A stretch of DNA of 60,425 nt, filler included, from Dirinaria sp. TL-2023a (lineage: Eukaryota), in assembly GCA_051941275.1 (NCBI GenBank). It is 11 parts of 11 records of this genome, joined end to end, with 100 filler letters (N's around TTAATTAATTAA, not from the genome) between each part and the next. Parts side by side here need not be neighbours in the genome. Positions count along the whole stretch, not along the records: positions 55,042 to 60,425 come from JAVEBF010001677.1; 10 more parts are not named here. The stretch is one strand, 5' to 3'. The translations under genes and the position numbers were made by a program. A model generated the notes under the pieces. It searched no databases, was not told the origin of the DNA, and saw nothing but the letters and a program-made list of their open reading frames with translations. The stretch's first letter is position 1. Every line of letters starts with the position of its first letter. Below are positions 58,380 to 60,425 of this stretch, piece after piece.

Positions 58380-60367
58380 ATGGCAGACACGCATCACCCG
58401 AACAATGCCACCGACGTGGAACGGCCCAGTGCTGAAGAGAAAAGGCAAGTTGGGCAGATGGCCGCAGAACAGGAGGATACCCCGGACGCACCAAAGTTGC
58501 TGGAACCAGCAGCTCATCTCGCTCCGGGTACCAATGCTCCCGCGCCCGGAACCGTCACGCCTTCCGGCGCCTCCAACATGAGTGACACAGCATCTGCCGA
58601 GAAGGCAGTCGAACCCCCTGGAGAGCAGAAGCCGCCTCGAGACGTGCACGGCTTTGTCTGGGTTCTGGTGGTGCTTTCCGTCCTCTCGTCAACCTTCCTC
58701 TTCGCCCTCGACAATACCATCGTCGCAGATGTTCAGCCGGCCATCGTAGAGCGCTTCGGCTCGATATCAAAGTTGCCATGGCTGTCAGTCGCTTTCCTCG
58801 TGGCTGCGGCTTCGACCAACCTGGTGTGGTGAGTCACACCTGTCTCAACCACGGCTGTATTCCAGAATTGAACAGGTGCACAGGGGCAAGATGTATGCGC
58901 AGTTCGACGCCAAAATCCTCTACTTGACTTGTGTGTTTCTGTTTGAAGTGGGATCTGCCGTCTGCGGCGCGGCTCCGACCATGGACGCACTGATCGTCGG
59001 CCGTGCCATCTGCGGATTTGGTGGCGCGGGTATGTACACTGGTGTAATGACGCTACTTTCGGTCACGACCACGGAGCATGAACGGCCAATGTACATTGGC
59101 TTTACCGGGTTAACATGGGGTTTGGGGACCGTGCTTGGTGAGTTTTCCGATTGCCTTCGTCCAGCCTTGATCGGTTCTTCGAAAAACTCCTGGCTAATCA
59201 GGACCAGGCCCGATCATTGGTGGCGCATTTACTGACAGCAGTGCGACATGGCGATGGGCATTCTGTAAGTAGCGAGATCTTGGAAGGGTCTGGCGATTCC
59301 AAAGTGCTGATTGGAATTCAGACATCAATCTCTGCGTAGGAGGGGCCTTCGCCGCAGTGTGGGTTTTCCTCATTCCCCGTTGGGATCCCCGACCCGGCGT
59401 TCCCCTGAAGAAACGGTTCGTAGAAATCGACTATATGGGCACTTTACTCATCACGGGCGCTTTCGTTTCCGGAGTCATGGCAATCAATTTTGGTGGCTCT
59501 GTATACGCGTGGAACAGTGGGAGAATCATCGGCCTGTTTGTGTGTTCAGGGGTGCTTTTCATCTTATTCGGTGTCCAACAAGGCATGGCCATCCTCACCA
59601 CCAAGGAACGCCGCATCTTTCCCGTCCAATTCCTCAGACAGAAAATCATGCTCGTCCTTTTCGCCGAGACGGCCGCAGCGTCTACGGCGACGTTCCTCCC
59701 GATCTACTTCATCCCGCTCTTCTTCCAGTTCGTGCGCAACGACTCCGCGCTCGAGGCCGGTGTGCGCTTGCTCCCGTTCGTCGTCTTCCTCGTCGTCATG
59801 TGCGTCGCCAATGGCGCCATCATGAGCGCAACGGGCTACTACTTCCCCTGGTACATCTGGGGCGGGGCGATCAACCTCATCGGCGCGGCGCTCATGTACA
59901 CGGTCGACGACCACAGCTCGACGGCGCGCATCTACGGCTACAGCATCCTCCTGGCCATCGGTACGGGCGGGTTCGTGCAAGCGTCCTTCTCGGTGGGGCA
60001 GGCGAAAGTGGCGCCGCCCCTCATCCCGCTCGCCATCGGCTTCATCACCGCCGGCCAGGTCACCGGCGTCACCATCTCCCTCGCCATCGCCAACGCCGTC
60101 TTCCTCAACCATTCCGAAGACGGCATCCGCGCCATCCTGCCGGACGTCTCCGCGGAGCAGATCCAAGCCGCCATCTCCGGCGCCGGCTCCCAGTTCCTGA
60201 ACAGCCTGGACCCGGCCACCAAAGCCCGCGTCCTGCACGCCATCGTCAGCAGCATGAGCAGAGTGTATATCCTGGATATCACCGCCGGTGCGCTGGCGCT
60301 CGTGTTGGCGCTGCTGATGAAGCCAGGCGAGAAACTGTTCTTGAAGGGTGCCGGTGGCGCCGCGTGA
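58380..60367 (+). CDS. MFS drug:H+ antiporter (DHA2, 14-TMS) efflux pump, four exons
   Basis: FLFALDNTIVADVQP, LPWLSVAF, W|GKMY, FEVGSAVCGAAPTMDALIVGRAICGFGGAG, LG|PIIGGAFTDSSATWRWAF|YINL, YFIPLFFQF. Confidence 0.93.
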
Positions 60368-60425
60368 TCGATTGCCCCCCTTTTGCAGAGAATGGGGCAC
60401 TTATAATATAAAGCACATTTACATT

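Noticed and set aside
49554..60367. AKR, esterase, thioredoxin-fold protein, BLI-3 and MFS pump as one detoxification or secondary-metabolite cluster
   Set aside because: The set spans two contigs and has no PKS, NRPS, terpene synthase or cluster regulator.
59311..60411. Long overlapping ORFs (366 aa plus strand, 278 aa minus strand) over the MFS gene; likewise 26083..26871 and 48157..48807
   Set aside because: Shadow ORFs caused by high GC3 in the real gene; no family motifs.

Overview
Eukaryotic DNA from a filamentous ascomycete (Pezizomycotina; possibly a lichen-forming Lecanoromycete, an inference from one secreted-protein family). It is not one locus. Eleven unrelated ~5.4-kb contigs (5414, 5411, 5410, 5410, 5410, 5408, 5401, 5399, 5390, 5388, 5384 bp, in descending size) are joined by ten artificial 100-bp spacers (N44-TTAATTAATTAA-N44), so adjacency across spacers means nothing. 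Genes have short spliceosomal introns, so the ORF track fragments them. Recognisable genes: thiolase-like protein, PRM10/ThrE-family membrane protein, EMP47-like lectin, ALG8, PPN2-like metallophosphoesterase, TCD1/2-like E1 enzyme, BTB protein, MCM5 (three MCB boxes upstream), RAD2/XPG, MED18, DOA1, STRAP-like WD40, aldo-keto reductase, type-B carboxylesterase, thioredoxin-fold protein, DUF3807, BLI-3, a DHA2 MFS pump, two secreted Cys-rich proteins and several orphans. I found no rRNA, tRNA, CRISPR array or intact transposase, and no convincing new multi-gene system. Best leads: an orphan spliced, very basic protein with MAPK/RRSARIA motifs; a tandem 4-Cys-domain secreted protein; an inverted-repeat-bounded non-coding element; a presequence-like in-frame extension on BLI-3; a recurrent intergenic TACCTTA/GTACAGTA motif; and GC3 rising within genes towards homopolymer-rich contig ends.
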